From assembly GCA_050245995.1 (NCBI GenBank), contig JBFWWV010000004.1:234104-298103 (forward strand): 64,000 nucleotides of DNA, given 5' to 3'. Position numbers and translations under genes: made by a program. The DNA comes from Planctomycetota bacterium. Its GTDB lineage: Bacteria > Planctomycetota > UBA1135 > UBA2386. The notes beneath the pieces were generated by a model. That model was not told the DNA's origin, made no database searches, and worked only from the letters and a program-made list of their open reading frames with translations. Below, piece by piece: positions 35,347 through 45,272 of this stretch; position 1 is the first letter of the stretch, and every line of letters begins with the position of its first letter.

Positions 35347-36783
35347 ATGCACCTGACCCGCCGTCGCCTGCTCTCGCTCGCCCCGTGGACGCCGCTGGCC
35401 TTCGGCCTGGGCACCTTGCCCGGGTCGCGGCCGCCCCGGGAAGCGCCGCCGCTGCCGCGGCCGCCGCGCGGCGGCGACGAGGCGGCGTTCCTGCGCGCCG
35501 TCGTGGCCGGCGACCTGGGCGAGGTGCGGCGCGGGCTGGCGCGTGATCCGGCGCTCGCGGCGGCGACCGACGCCGACGGATGCTCGGCGGTGGCGCTGGC
35601 GTTCCTGCACGGCCGCGACGAGGTCGGCGGGGTGCTGGTCGCGGCGTGCCGCGCCGCCGGCCGCGACCTCGACGTCGTCGAGTCGGTGCTGGCCCGCGAC
35701 TGGCCGCGGTTCGACGCGCTGGTCGCGGCCGGCGCCGACGTCGACGCGCCGCACCCGGCCTGGGGGCCGCCGCTGTGGACCGCCGCGCTCGCCGGCGCCA
35801 ACGGGCTGTGGCGGCTGCGTTCGGCCGGCTGCGACCCGGAGCAGCGCGGTGCTGCGGGCACGACGCCGGCGCGCGCGGCGATGACGTGCCGCACGCTGAC
35901 CGGCGCCCGCGTGGCCGCGACCGACCTGCTGGCCAACGGCGCCGACGCCAACGCTGTGCAGCCGGACGGCGACTCGGTGCTGCACGGCGCGGTGCGGCGC
36001 CGCAGCGCGGACCTCGTCCGCCTGGCGGTGCGCAAGGGCGCCGACCCGGCGGCGCGCGACCGCGACGGGCGCACGCCGCGCGACCTCGCCGTGGCGCTCG
36101 AATGGGCCGAGGGCGCGGCGCTGCTGGAGCGGCACGCCGAGCTGCCGCGCGACCACCGGGCGTCGCGCTTCCTGTTCGACCGGGACCGGGCAGAGGTCGC
36201 GCGGCCCGACCTGTCGGACGTGCCGCGCGCGCTGCAGTGCGAGGTCACCGGCAGCTCGCACATGCGGCTCCAGCGCGTGCGCGAGCTGGTCGGCGCCGAC
36301 CCGCGCCTGACCTTCTCGATGTCGGCGGACGACGAGCTGGCGATCGAGGCCAGCGCCCACACCGGCAACGCGCCGATCATGCGCCTGCACCTCGAGTGCG
36401 GCGCGCCGCTGTCGCTGCCGACGGCGGTGTCGCTCGGCGACGCCGCGACCGTGCGCTTCCTGCTCGAACGCGACCCGCTGCTGGTGCACGAGCGCGGCGC
36501 GCACGACTTCCCGGTGATGTTCTACACGGCGTTCGGCACCGGCTCGGTCGAGCTGGCCGAGCTGCTGCGCGGTCTCGGCGTCGGCGTGGATCAGGAGTCG
36601 ATGGGCACGACGACCCTGCATTGGTGTGTCAAGCGCGACCGCGTCGACCTGGCGCGCTGGCTGCTGGACCACGGCGCCGACCCGGAGGCGCTGGCGTTCT
36701 CGTGGGACCCGCGCGGGCAGACCCCGCGCGAGCTGGCGGCGGCCGAGGGCAGCGCGGCGATGAAGGAGCTCCTCGACGGCTGA
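35347..36783 (+). CDS. ankyrin-repeat protein with twin-arginine (Tat) signal
   Basis: Track ORF 35221..36783, start at M43: MHLTRRRLLSLAPWTPLAFGLG (RRxLL Tat motif). Multiple ANK repeats (DGDSVLHGAVRRRSADLVRLAVRKGADPAARDRDGRTPRDLAV, etc.). Confidence 0.75.
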   Translation: MHLTRRRLLSLAPWTPLAFGLGTLPGSRPPREAPPLPRPPRGGDEAAFLRAVVAGDLGEVRRGLARDPALAAATDADGCSAVALAFLHGRDEVGGVLVAACRAAGRDLDVVESVLARDWPRFDALVAAGADVDAPHPAWGPPLWTAALAGANGLWRLRSAGCDPEQRGAAGTTPARAAMTCRTLTGARVAATDLLANGADANAVQPDGDSVLHGAVRRRSADLVRLAVRKGADPAARDRDGRTPRDLAVALEWAEGAALLERHAELPRDHRASRFLFDRDRAEVARPDLSDVPRALQCEVTGSSHMRLQRVRELVGADPRLTFSMSADDELAIEASAHTGNAPIMRLHLECGAPLSLPTAVSLGDAATVRFLLERDPLLVHERGAHDFPVMFYTAFGTGSVELAELLRGLGVGVDQESMGTTTLHWCVKRDRVDLARWLLDHGADPEALAFSWDPRGQTPRELAAAEGSAAMKELLDG

Positions 36784-36852
36784 GGCGCCGTCGGCTCGAA
36801 ACTCCCCACGGGGGCCGTCGCCCGGCCCGCGCGCTCCGTATGCTCCGCGCCC

Positions 36853-38310
36853 GTGCAGGTCACCTGGCTGTCGCTGTTGCCGGCGCTCGTCGCCATCACC
36901 GTCGCGATCTGGAGCCGGCAGGTGCTGCTGGCGCTGCTGCTCGGCGTGCTGAGCGGCAGCGTGGTGTACCTGGTGCAGGCGCTGCTCGGGGGCACCGGGC
37001 TGGTCGACGCCGTCGTCGGCGCCAACCCGATCCGGCGGTTCTTCCTGCCGGCGCTGGGGCGCGAGGCGTTCGCCAAGATCCTGCTGATCTACCTGTGGGC
37101 GCTCGGCGGCCTGCTCGGCATCTGGAACGCGACCGGCGGCGCGCGCCACTTCGCGGCGACGCTCGGGCACCGCATGGTGCGAGGCCCGCGCACGGCGCTG
37201 CTGTTCGCCTGGTTCACCGGCGTCGTGTTCCACCAGGGCGGCACCATCAGCACCGTGCTGGCCGGCTCGACCGTGAAGCCGGTCACCGACCAGCACCGGA
37301 TCTCGCACGAGGAGCTGAGCTACGTCGTCGACTCGACCGCGTCGCCGGTCGCCACCGTGCTGCCGTTCAACGCCTGGCCCGGCTACATCGCCGGCATCGG
37401 CGGCGTCATCGGCTCGGTGCCGTTCCTGGCCGACGCGCAGGCGGTGACGACGTTCTTCTTCGCGTCGATCCGGTTCAACTTCTACGGCCTGTTCGCCGTG
37501 TTCGGCACGCTGCTGTTCGCGCTCGGCGTGCTGCCGGGCATCGGGCGTCGCATGCACGCGGCGCGACAGCGCGCGCGCGCCACCGGCGAGCTCGACGCGC
37601 CCGGCGCCGAGCCGCTGCTGGGCACCGTCGCGGCGCCCGAGCCGGTCGACGGCTACCGGCCGTCGCTGTGGGACTTCTTCGCGCCGATCGGCACGCTGCT
37701 GCTGGTCGCGATCGTGCCGTACGTGCTGTACCGCAACGGCCTGATCGCCGACGGCGACTGGATCAACGAGGCGTTCGCGCTGGCGGTGGTCGCCGCGGTG
37801 GCGGTGGCGCTGCTGCGCGGCATGCGCGTGCGCGCGGTGATCGACGGCTTCGTCGACGGCTGCGGCAAGATGACCATCGGCGCGCTGATCCTGGCGCTGG
37901 CCGTGACGCTCGGCACCGTCAGCAAGGAGCTCGGCACCGCCGACTACGTGGTCACGCTGCTCGGCGGCAGCATGCCGGCCTGGGCGCTGCCGGGCGCGCT
38001 GTCGTTCCTGTGCATGGGCATCGCCTTCGCGACCGGCTCGTCGTGGGGGACCTACGCCGTGGTCGTGCCGGTGGCGCTGCCGCTGGCGTGGAGCGTGCAG
38101 CCCGACCCCGCCTACGTGTCGGTGTGCTTCGGCGCGATCCTCGGCAGCTCGGTGTTCGGCGACCAGTGCTCGCCGGTCAGCGACACGACGATCCTGGCCA
38201 GCATGTTCACCGGCTGCGACGTGATGGACCACGTGCGCACGCAGCTGCCGCTGGCGTTCCGGATGGGGCTGGTGGCGGTCGGGTGCTCGACGGTGGCGGC
38301 GGTGGTCTGA
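36853..38310 (+). CDS. NhaC-family Na+/H+ antiporter-like membrane transporter
   Basis: GTG start. 485 aa, ~12 TM. N-terminal LSLLPALVAITVAIWSRQVLLALLLGV and C-terminal GDQCSPVSDTTILAS are typical of the NhaC family. Confidence 0.8.
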   Translation: MQVTWLSLLPALVAITVAIWSRQVLLALLLGVLSGSVVYLVQALLGGTGLVDAVVGANPIRRFFLPALGREAFAKILLIYLWALGGLLGIWNATGGARHFAATLGHRMVRGPRTALLFAWFTGVVFHQGGTISTVLAGSTVKPVTDQHRISHEELSYVVDSTASPVATVLPFNAWPGYIAGIGGVIGSVPFLADAQAVTTFFFASIRFNFYGLFAVFGTLLFALGVLPGIGRRMHAARQRARATGELDAPGAEPLLGTVAAPEPVDGYRPSLWDFFAPIGTLLLVAIVPYVLYRNGLIADGDWINEAFALAVVAAVAVALLRGMRVRAVIDGFVDGCGKMTIGALILALAVTLGTVSKELGTADYVVTLLGGSMPAWALPGALSFLCMGIAFATGSSWGTYAVVVPVALPLAWSVQPDPAYVSVCFGAILGSSVFGDQCSPVSDTTILASMFTGCDVMDHVRTQLPLAFRMGLVAVGCSTVAAVV

Positions 38311-38375
38311 CCGATCGGGTCAGGTCCGCCGGCGCCGTCCGACGATGACGGCAGGGAATCGAAGGAGGTGCGCCG

Positions 38376-40565
38376 ATGGAGTCGATGCGGGCGAAGGGTC
38401 TGGCGTGGATGCTGGTCGCGGCGAGCGTGACGGCGCAGGAATGGGTGCCGTTGCGCGTGCGGCACTCGGGCAGCTGCGCGTTCGACGTCGCCCGGCAGCG
38501 CACGGTCCAGTTCGACGCGTTCCGTGGCACGGCGGAGTACGACGGCGAACGCTGGCGGGTGGTGACGACCGCGCACGCGCCTTCACCGCGCGCGCGCCCG
38601 CTGCTCGCGTACGACCTGCTGCGCTTCCGCGTGGTGCTGGTCGGCGGTCAGAACGGGCAGGACCTGCGCGACACCTGGGAGTACGACGGCAGGGACTGGC
38701 GCGAGGTGCCGGGCGCGCTGCTGCCGGCGGGCGTCGCCGAAGGGAACGCCGCCGCGGCCTACGACGCGACGCGGGCGCGGCTGGTGTTGCTGCACCTGGA
38801 CCGGACGCTCGAGTACGACGGCACCCGGTGGCTGTCGATTGCTGTGCCGCATCGCCCGCCGGCTCGCCTTTCCCCCGCGTTGGCGTCCCTCGGCGACGGG
38901 CGCACGCTGCTGTTCGGCGGCGAGGATCCGACCTCGCAGTACTACCCGCCGTACTTCGACGACACCTGGGTGTACGACGGCAGCGACTGGAGTCCGGTCG
39001 CGACCGCCGTCGCGCCGGAGGCGCGCGGGTCGCATCGAATGGCGTACGACGCCGGCCGCGACCGCGTCGTGCTCTACGGCGGCGTGACCGTCGACGGCGC
39101 GGCGCCGCCGATTGCCTGGGAGTTCCACCGCGGGGCGTGGCACGCGGTGCCGCAGGCAGAAGGGCCCCCCGGTGCGTCGCAGATGGTGTACGCGTGGGGG
39201 CGCGGCGGGGTCGAGGTGGTGCTGGACCGGCCGGACGACGAACCGGAGGTGTGGCGCTTCGACGGCGGCGCGTGGACGCGGGATCGGGAGGCGGACTTCC
39301 CGAGCGCGCGCAATGGGCATTCGATGGTGTTCGACCCCGTGCGACGGACGACGTGGCTGGTCGGCGGGTTCTCGTCGGCCACGCTGGACTACACGTGGTT
39401 CGGCGACACCTGGGCGTTCGCACGCGGACGCTGGTGGCCAGTGCAGACGTCCGGGTTGCCGGGCGGCAGGAGGGGAGCCGGGGCGGCCTTCGACCCGACC
39501 ACGGGCAACACGATCCTGTTCGGCGGGATGACCGACATCTGGTGGCCGACCGGCGAGACCTGGAGCTTCGACGGCACCCGCTGGACGCTGCTGCCGCAGG
39601 CGAACGCGCCGTTCGCGCGCGCCGGGCACGCGATGGCGACCGACTTCGGCCGCCGTCGCATCGTGCTGTTCGGCGGCACCGCCGGCCTGAGCCTCACGCT
39701 GGCGGACACCTGGGAGTTCGACGGCAGTCGCTGGCAACAGATGGCGCCAGTCGAGTCGCCGTCCCCGTACGGCGAGTGCACCATGACCTACGACGCGGGG
39801 GCCGCACGCGTGCTCGCCTACGCCGGCGCCGACTGGGCACCCGGCGGCCGGGGCACCTGGAGCTACGACGGGGTCACCTGGCGCCGCGTGCCGGGTGCCG
39901 ATCAGCCGGCGACCCCGCTCAGTGCGTTCGCAATGACCTACGACGCGCACCGCGGTCGCGCGCAGTTGCTGACCGACGCGCTGTGGGAGTTCGATGGTCG
40001 GCGATGGCAGCAACTGGCGCCCAGCGAGGCCGGGCCCCGGCTGGAGCAGTTCACGTTCGTCTGGACGGCGGACGACGGTACGCAGCGCTTCGGCGGCTCG
40101 TTCTACGGCTCGCCTCCGATCGGCGATCATTGGCAGTGGCGCCCGTCTCCGCACAGCACCTGGACCCGCCGCGGCGCCGGCTGCGCCCGCGCGGGCTTCG
40201 TGCCGACGCTCGACGCGGCGGCGCCGCCGGCCAGCGTGCTCGGCGCCGTGCACGAGGTGCGGCTCGCGGCCGGCGACGCCGACCTCGCCGTGGTCGTGAC
40301 CGGCTTGGACCCGATTCAATGGAACGGGACCGCGCTGCCGGTGTCGCTGCTGCCGTCCGCGCCGCAGTGCAAGCTGTGGATCGCGCCCGAGCTGGGGGCC
40401 CGCCTGCTGCCGCTGCAGGGCGGCCGCGGAGTCGTTCCTTTGGCGATCCCGGCCGATCCGGCGCTGGCCGGCGGCGTGCTGTGCCTGCAGGCGCTGACCT
40501 TCGACAGCGCGCTCGGCGCGGCGTCGCTGGCGACCAGCAACGCGGGCGTGCTGCGGACCCACTGA
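38376..40565 (+). CDS. secreted Kelch-repeat beta-propeller protein (galactose-oxidase-like central domain) with C-terminal ~110-aa Ig/E-set-like domain
   Basis: SD AAGGAGG 7 nt before ATG. Signal MESMRAKGLAWMLVAASVTAQE. Repeated Kelch blades (W.YDG..W, LFGG motifs). C-terminal GC...PQCKLW...LQALTFD...SNAGV domain shared with 42938..45211 and 62050..64000. Confidence 0.8.
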   Translation: MESMRAKGLAWMLVAASVTAQEWVPLRVRHSGSCAFDVARQRTVQFDAFRGTAEYDGERWRVVTTAHAPSPRARPLLAYDLLRFRVVLVGGQNGQDLRDTWEYDGRDWREVPGALLPAGVAEGNAAAAYDATRARLVLLHLDRTLEYDGTRWLSIAVPHRPPARLSPALASLGDGRTLLFGGEDPTSQYYPPYFDDTWVYDGSDWSPVATAVAPEARGSHRMAYDAGRDRVVLYGGVTVDGAAPPIAWEFHRGAWHAVPQAEGPPGASQMVYAWGRGGVEVVLDRPDDEPEVWRFDGGAWTRDREADFPSARNGHSMVFDPVRRTTWLVGGFSSATLDYTWFGDTWAFARGRWWPVQTSGLPGGRRGAGAAFDPTTGNTILFGGMTDIWWPTGETWSFDGTRWTLLPQANAPFARAGHAMATDFGRRRIVLFGGTAGLSLTLADTWEFDGSRWQQMAPVESPSPYGECTMTYDAGAARVLAYAGADWAPGGRGTWSYDGVTWRRVPGADQPATPLSAFAMTYDAHRGRAQLLTDALWEFDGRRWQQLAPSEAGPRLEQFTFVWTADDGTQRFGGSFYGSPPIGDHWQWRPSPHSTWTRRGAGCARAGFVPTLDAAAPPASVLGAVHEVRLAAGDADLAVVVTGLDPIQWNGTALPVSLLPSAPQCKLWIAPELGARLLPLQGGRGVVPLAIPADPALAGGVLCLQALTFDSALGAASLATSNAGVLRTH

Positions 40566-40693
40566 GGAACGGCCGAGGCGGCGGCCTGGCCCGCCACGGT
40601 TGGAGCTGACGGCGCTGCGCGCCGCAGCGCGACGAGGGGCGGGGTCGCACGAACGTTCGATGCCTCGGGGACGAGGCTCGCATCGATGCGGTA

Positions 40694-41602
40694 CTACTGA
40701 CCCCGCGGCACCGTTGCCGCGGCGTCGACGTGCCGCCGCACCAGCTCCGGGATCATGTACAGGCAGTCGACGTGGATGCCCGGCGTCGCCTCGTCGAACG
40801 TGTACAGGTGGAACCCGCCGACGTGGCACTCCGCCGCGATGGGCACGCCGCGCTCCGTGAACGCGCGGCTCGGTTCGCGCGCGCCGGCGACGCTGGCGAG
40901 CACGAGGTCGGCGCACTCGGCGGTCGACGCGTAGTCGGTCGGGTACATGCCGTGCGCGAGCACGAACGTCTTGTCGCCGCGCGCGGCGGCCTGGGCGAAC
41001 CGCAGGAAGTCGACCATCTGCTCGGCCTCGGGCGCGCGCACGTCCGCGGCGACGACCGACGCGTAGATCGAGTCGGCCGACACCAGCGCGGTGATGCGTT
41101 CGAAGAACTCGGGCTCCTTCAGCAGCTCGCGCACCGCGCCGTAGCCGGCGCTGAAGAACGTGATCAGGATCGGGCCGAAGCGCACGTCGCGGCCGCAGCG
41201 CCGCGACAGCTCGCGTTCGCCGGCCGCGAGCAGCGCGCGGAACGCGGCGGGGTCGCGGTAGGGCGCCGTGAACGCGCTCGACCGGCCGCTCAGCCTGCTG
41301 GCGAGCAGCACGCCGGTGCGCCGCATGCGCGCGAAGTTCTCCTCGGCGATCTGCACGCCGCCCTGGAAGTGCACCGCCAGCGGCACGTGGTCGCCCGCGG
41401 GCGGGACGAAGTCCTCGGGCACGAACAGCACGGCGTCCGGCAGCTGCGTGCGGTCGCCGCGCGCCAGCCGTTCGAGCTGGCTCAGCGCCGACGGCAGTCG
41501 CTCTGGCGAGGCGCTCGCCGCGGGCGCGGGCGCTGGTGCGGCGGCGCAGGCGCCCAGCAAGGCGAGGCAGGACCACGGCAGCAGCGAACTCCGCGTCGGC
41601 AT
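40694..41602 (-). CDS. hypothetical lipoprotein
   Basis: 302 aa. Signal plus lipobox MPTRSSLLPWSCLALLGACAAAP. No confident domain assignment (possible alpha/beta-hydrolase-like, FFSAGYGAV). Confidence 0.6.
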   Translation of the reverse strand: MPTRSSLLPWSCLALLGACAAAPAPAPAASASPERLPSALSQLERLARGDRTQLPDAVLFVPEDFVPPAGDHVPLAVHFQGGVQIAEENFARMRRTGVLLASRLSGRSSAFTAPYRDPAAFRALLAAGERELSRRCGRDVRFGPILITFFSAGYGAVRELLKEPEFFERITALVSADSIYASVVAADVRAPEAEQMVDFLRFAQAAARGDKTFVLAHGMYPTDYASTAECADLVLASVAGAREPSRAFTERGVPIAAECHVGGFHLYTFDEATPGIHVDCLYMIPELVRRHVDAAATVPRGQ

Positions 41603-41730
41603 GCCGCGACTATCGCGACCCGGTCGGTCGGGCGGAAGCGCGTTCGGGACGCCGCCGGTACGCCGCGACCGCCGCGCTCGGGCAGCCCGGCGGGTATCGT
41701 GGCCGGCTCGCCCCGAACCCGGAGGTCCTC

Positions 41731-42915
41731 ATGTCGCTGCGTCGTCTCGCCGTTCCGTTCGTGTCCGTCCTGCTGCTCCCCCTGGCGTTGGCCCAGGACC
41801 CAGTCGACGCCGCCGGCGGCGGCGAGGTTGCCAAGGTGCGGGCGCTGTTCACCGCGTTCACGACCGCGCGCGACACGGCGCGCGACCAGCAGCGGCCGCT
41901 GATGCAGCAGCTGCGCGAGGTGGAGCGCGGCAGCGACGAGTACAAGGCGCTGGTGGCGAAGCTCACCGCGCTGCGCGGCTCGGTCGAGGCGCCGCAGACG
42001 GCGTTCGAGACCGCGTTCGCGGCCGGCGACTGGAGCGCCTTCGACCGCGAGGCCGACGGCGACCTGCTGCAGACCGGCCTGCAGGCGGCCGCCCGCGACC
42101 TCGACGCCGACCCCGAGCGGGCGCTGCGCGCGTGCCGGATGTTCCTGGACGCGTTCGCCGGCGACCGCGCCGCCGGCTCGATCCGCGGCACCGCGCTGCC
42201 GAACGCGCTGCTCGCCTGCGGCGACGGCGACGAGGCCGCCGCGGCGGCGCAGGCGGCCGCCGACGCCGCCGATGGCGTCGCCAAGGCGCGCGCGTTGTTG
42301 ACCGTCGGCGACATCGCCGCCGCGCGCGGCGACGCGACCGCGGCGGCGGCGCGCTACGCCGAGGCCGAGGCGCTCGCCGACGAGCGCACGATGGGCTACG
42401 TCACGCTGCGCAAGGAGCTGATCGGCAAGCCCGCGCCCGACATCCGCAGCGACCAGTGGATCGGCGCCGACGCGTCGTCGCTCGCGCAGCAGCAGGGCAA
42501 GGTCGTGCTGGTCGACTTCTGGGCGACGTGGTGCGGTCCGTGCCGCCACGTGATGCCGGCGCTCGACGCGATGTACCGCGAGAACCGCGAGCGCGGCCTG
42601 CAGGTGATGGGCGTGACCCGATTCTACGAGCGCGGCTACCTGCCGGCCGACAGCACTGAGATGCAGAGCGGCGGCGCCAGCGTCGACGGCATGACGGCGG
42701 AGACCTTTCCCGACCACGTGCGCGCGTTCCGCGACCACACGGGCATCTCGTACCCGTTCGTGATCGCCGCCGAGGACGACTTCAAGGCCTACCACGTGCG
42801 CGGCATCCCGACGCTGGCGGTGGTCGACCGCGACGGCAAGGTCGCGCTGGTCACCGTCGGCAGCGGCAGCGAGGCGCTGCTGAAGTTCGCGGTCGAGCGG
42901 CTGCTGGCCCAATGA
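41731..42915 (+). CDS. TlpA-like thioredoxin-fold thiol:disulfide oxidoreductase (WCGPC) with N-terminal TPR-like helical extension
   Basis: Track ORF 41536..42915, start at M66, GGAGG 6 nt upstream. Signal MSLRRLAVPFVSVLLLPLALAQD. Thioredoxin domain VVLVDFWATWCGPCRHVMPALDAMYRENRERGLQVMGVT...GIPTLAVVDRDGKV. Confidence 0.85.
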   Translation: MSLRRLAVPFVSVLLLPLALAQDPVDAAGGGEVAKVRALFTAFTTARDTARDQQRPLMQQLREVERGSDEYKALVAKLTALRGSVEAPQTAFETAFAAGDWSAFDREADGDLLQTGLQAAARDLDADPERALRACRMFLDAFAGDRAAGSIRGTALPNALLACGDGDEAAAAAQAAADAADGVAKARALLTVGDIAAARGDATAAAARYAEAEALADERTMGYVTLRKELIGKPAPDIRSDQWIGADASSLAQQQGKVVLVDFWATWCGPCRHVMPALDAMYRENRERGLQVMGVTRFYERGYLPADSTEMQSGGASVDGMTAETFPDHVRAFRDHTGISYPFVIAAEDDFKAYHVRGIPTLAVVDRDGKVALVTVGSGSEALLKFAVERLLAQ

Positions 42916-42937
42916 AGGCGGCCGCAGTGGGGCGGTG

Positions 42938-45211
42938 TCAGTAGGGCCGCAACGCCAGAGCGTTGGTGATCGCCGCGATCCCGAACGGCGCGTTCGGGTC
43001 GAGCGCCGCAGCCTGCAGCCCGAACACCCGCCCGGTGAGTTCGGGCAACGCGGGGATCGACAGGAGCAGCGTCGCGGTGCCACCGCCGTGGGCCTGGGTC
43101 CAGCGCAGGTCGGCCGGCACCCAGAGCGCGCAGGTCGGCGATGGCCCGTCGATCGGTAGCGGCAGCGGGTGGCCGCGCCACGCGTGCAGGCCGCCGCCGA
43201 GCGCCAGGCCGAGCACGCCGGCCGCGGCGGGCAGGTCGCGCAGGTGCAGGGTCAGCGTCGTTCCGAGCGACGGGCCGGCGTCGGGCACCGCGGTCTCGAG
43301 CACCGGCACCGTGACGCCGGCGGCGGCGCAGCCGGCGCCGAGCGGTCGGGCGGTCGGCGTCGGTGCCGGTGCCACGAACGCAGCCACCGTACCCAACTGC
43401 ACGACCTGGCCGCGGCGCGGGTCGAACGCGAGGGCGCGTTCGCGTTCGCCGCTGAGGAGCGGAACCACCGAGATCGGCACTGGCGCGTCGATCCGCCGAT
43501 TCCAGGTGCCGCCGTCGAAGGACCACAGATCGTCCTTCCATCCCGATTGGAAGCGCGTGCCGCCCGACATCATGAGGCGCGCGAGGGCTGCGTCGAACAC
43601 CATGCTGTGCCGGTACACCGTCGGGCCGCCTGCCGCGGGCAGCTCGCGCCATGCGCTGCCGTCGAACTCCCAGGTGTCGCCGAGGACTCCGACCTCGATG
43701 GGGCCGATGCCGCCCTGGAGCAACGTGCTGCCGCGAACCGGATCGAAGCCCATCGCATGCAGTCGGCGTGCCGTTGGCGCCGCGCCCGCGATCGCGACCG
43801 GCCGCCAGGCATCGCCGTCGAACTCCCAGGTGTCGGCCAGCACGTGACCCGGGCCACTGCCGCCGAACAGGACGACTCGATGGCGTCGGCTGTCGTAGAC
43901 CATCGAGTGCTGGTGCCGCGGCACCGGCGGGGGACTGCGACGGTCCAGCACCGGCCTGCGCCACCCGATGCCGTCGAACTCCCAGGTGACGTCGGAGGGG
44001 AAGGACGGCGGCGCGTGTCCGCCGAACAGGACCATCCGGCGCCGCCGCGTGTCGTAGACCATGGCGACGCCCGTCTGCACGGACGGACCCGGTCCGGGGA
44101 ACACCGTCCAGGTGTCCTCGACTCCTTCGAGGGTGGCGAGGTTCGCCTGTGGGTCGAGGCCGACGGCGACGAACCGCTCGCGGGCTGCGTCATAGGCCAT
44201 CGCGATCGGTGCGATGGGGACCTGCGGCCGCAGTTGCGACCACGAGGCGCCGACCAACGCGGTGGTCGCGCCGGTGTTCGGGCCGGCCATGGGGCCGCCG
44301 GCGACCCGGACCAATCGGTGGGTGTTGCGGTCGAACTCGATCCTCGCGGTGTCCTGGGCTACGACGCTGGTCGTGGTTGTGCTGTGCCAGGACCCGTCGA
44401 AGGACCACAACGTGTCCGGGTCCGGGGCGCCGATCGTCCGCACCTGCAGCGTCGACCAGTCGAAGCACATGCTCGCGGACAGGCTGGTGCGCGCCGGCGG
44501 CGCCACCTGGGTCGGGACCTCCGCCCACCCGGCTTCGAGGAGTCGCCACGTCTCGGTCGAGGCCCCGCCGCCGAACAGGACCATCTGGTCGCGAACCACG
44601 TCGTAGGCCATCAACGCGTCGGTGCGCGGACCCGGCGAGACGACGGTGTGCAGCGCGCGCCAGCGGGTGCCGTCGAAGACCCAGGTGTCGGCAATCGCCG
44701 TCGGCAGACCCGACCTGCCGCCGAACAGGACGGTGCGGCCGCGGGTGAGGTCGAAGGCCATCGCCGCCCCGGTGCGCGCACTCGGGCCGGGGCTCGCCGC
44801 GGTGGTCGCCGGATGCCAGTCGCGCCCGTCGAACTCCCAGGTGTCGCCGAGGAGCAGCCGGCTGCCGGAGGTGCCGCCGAACAGTACGACGCGATCGCGC
44901 CACCAGTCGTAGCACATCGAGTGACCGAAGCGTGGCGGTGGGTTGCCGATGCCATCCGGGCGGCGCCACAGCGAGTCTTCGAGGATCCAGGTGTCCGTCA
45001 GGTTGGCGGTGCTCGACAGCGAATTGCTGCCGCCGAACATGATCACGGCACCGCCCGGGGCGTGGCACACGGCGTGGCCCATTCGCGGCGGCGGGATCAG
45101 TCCCCGCCACTGCTGTGCGGCGACCGGCCGGCCGGTTGCGAGCGTGAGCAGGGTCTCCAGGCCGAGCAAGAGCACCGCCGGGAGCCGGGGCACACCGAGC
45201 CTCTTCACCAT
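42938..45211 (-). CDS. secreted Kelch-repeat beta-propeller protein, paralogue of 38376..40565
   Basis: 757 aa. Signal MVKRLGVPRLPAVLLLGLETLLTLATG. Kelch blades (VLFGG, DTWEFDG repeated). C-terminal GCAAAG...PTCALWVP...LQAAALD...TNALAL domain. Confidence 0.8.
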   Translation of the reverse strand: MVKRLGVPRLPAVLLLGLETLLTLATGRPVAAQQWRGLIPPPRMGHAVCHAPGGAVIMFGGSNSLSSTANLTDTWILEDSLWRRPDGIGNPPPRFGHSMCYDWWRDRVVLFGGTSGSRLLLGDTWEFDGRDWHPATTAASPGPSARTGAAMAFDLTRGRTVLFGGRSGLPTAIADTWVFDGTRWRALHTVVSPGPRTDALMAYDVVRDQMVLFGGGASTETWRLLEAGWAEVPTQVAPPARTSLSASMCFDWSTLQVRTIGAPDPDTLWSFDGSWHSTTTTSVVAQDTARIEFDRNTHRLVRVAGGPMAGPNTGATTALVGASWSQLRPQVPIAPIAMAYDAARERFVAVGLDPQANLATLEGVEDTWTVFPGPGPSVQTGVAMVYDTRRRRMVLFGGHAPPSFPSDVTWEFDGIGWRRPVLDRRSPPPVPRHQHSMVYDSRRHRVVLFGGSGPGHVLADTWEFDGDAWRPVAIAGAAPTARRLHAMGFDPVRGSTLLQGGIGPIEVGVLGDTWEFDGSAWRELPAAGGPTVYRHSMVFDAALARLMMSGGTRFQSGWKDDLWSFDGGTWNRRIDAPVPISVVPLLSGERERALAFDPRRGQVVQLGTVAAFVAPAPTPTARPLGAGCAAAGVTVPVLETAVPDAGPSLGTTLTLHLRDLPAAAGVLGLALGGGLHAWRGHPLPLPIDGPSPTCALWVPADLRWTQAHGGGTATLLLSIPALPELTGRVFGLQAAALDPNAPFGIAAITNALALRPY

Positions 45212-45272
45212 GACGGCAGATCGTCCGCGGGGTCGCGGATCGCGTCAAGGCGCGCCGCGCACGGCGTCGCCT

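Noticed and set aside
35038-41576. ORFs 35038..38232 (−), 35580..38348 (+), 38345..40609 (+ other frame), 38583..41576 (−)
   Set aside because: Alternate-frame or antisense products over the ankyrin, NhaC and Kelch genes. Compositionally biased.
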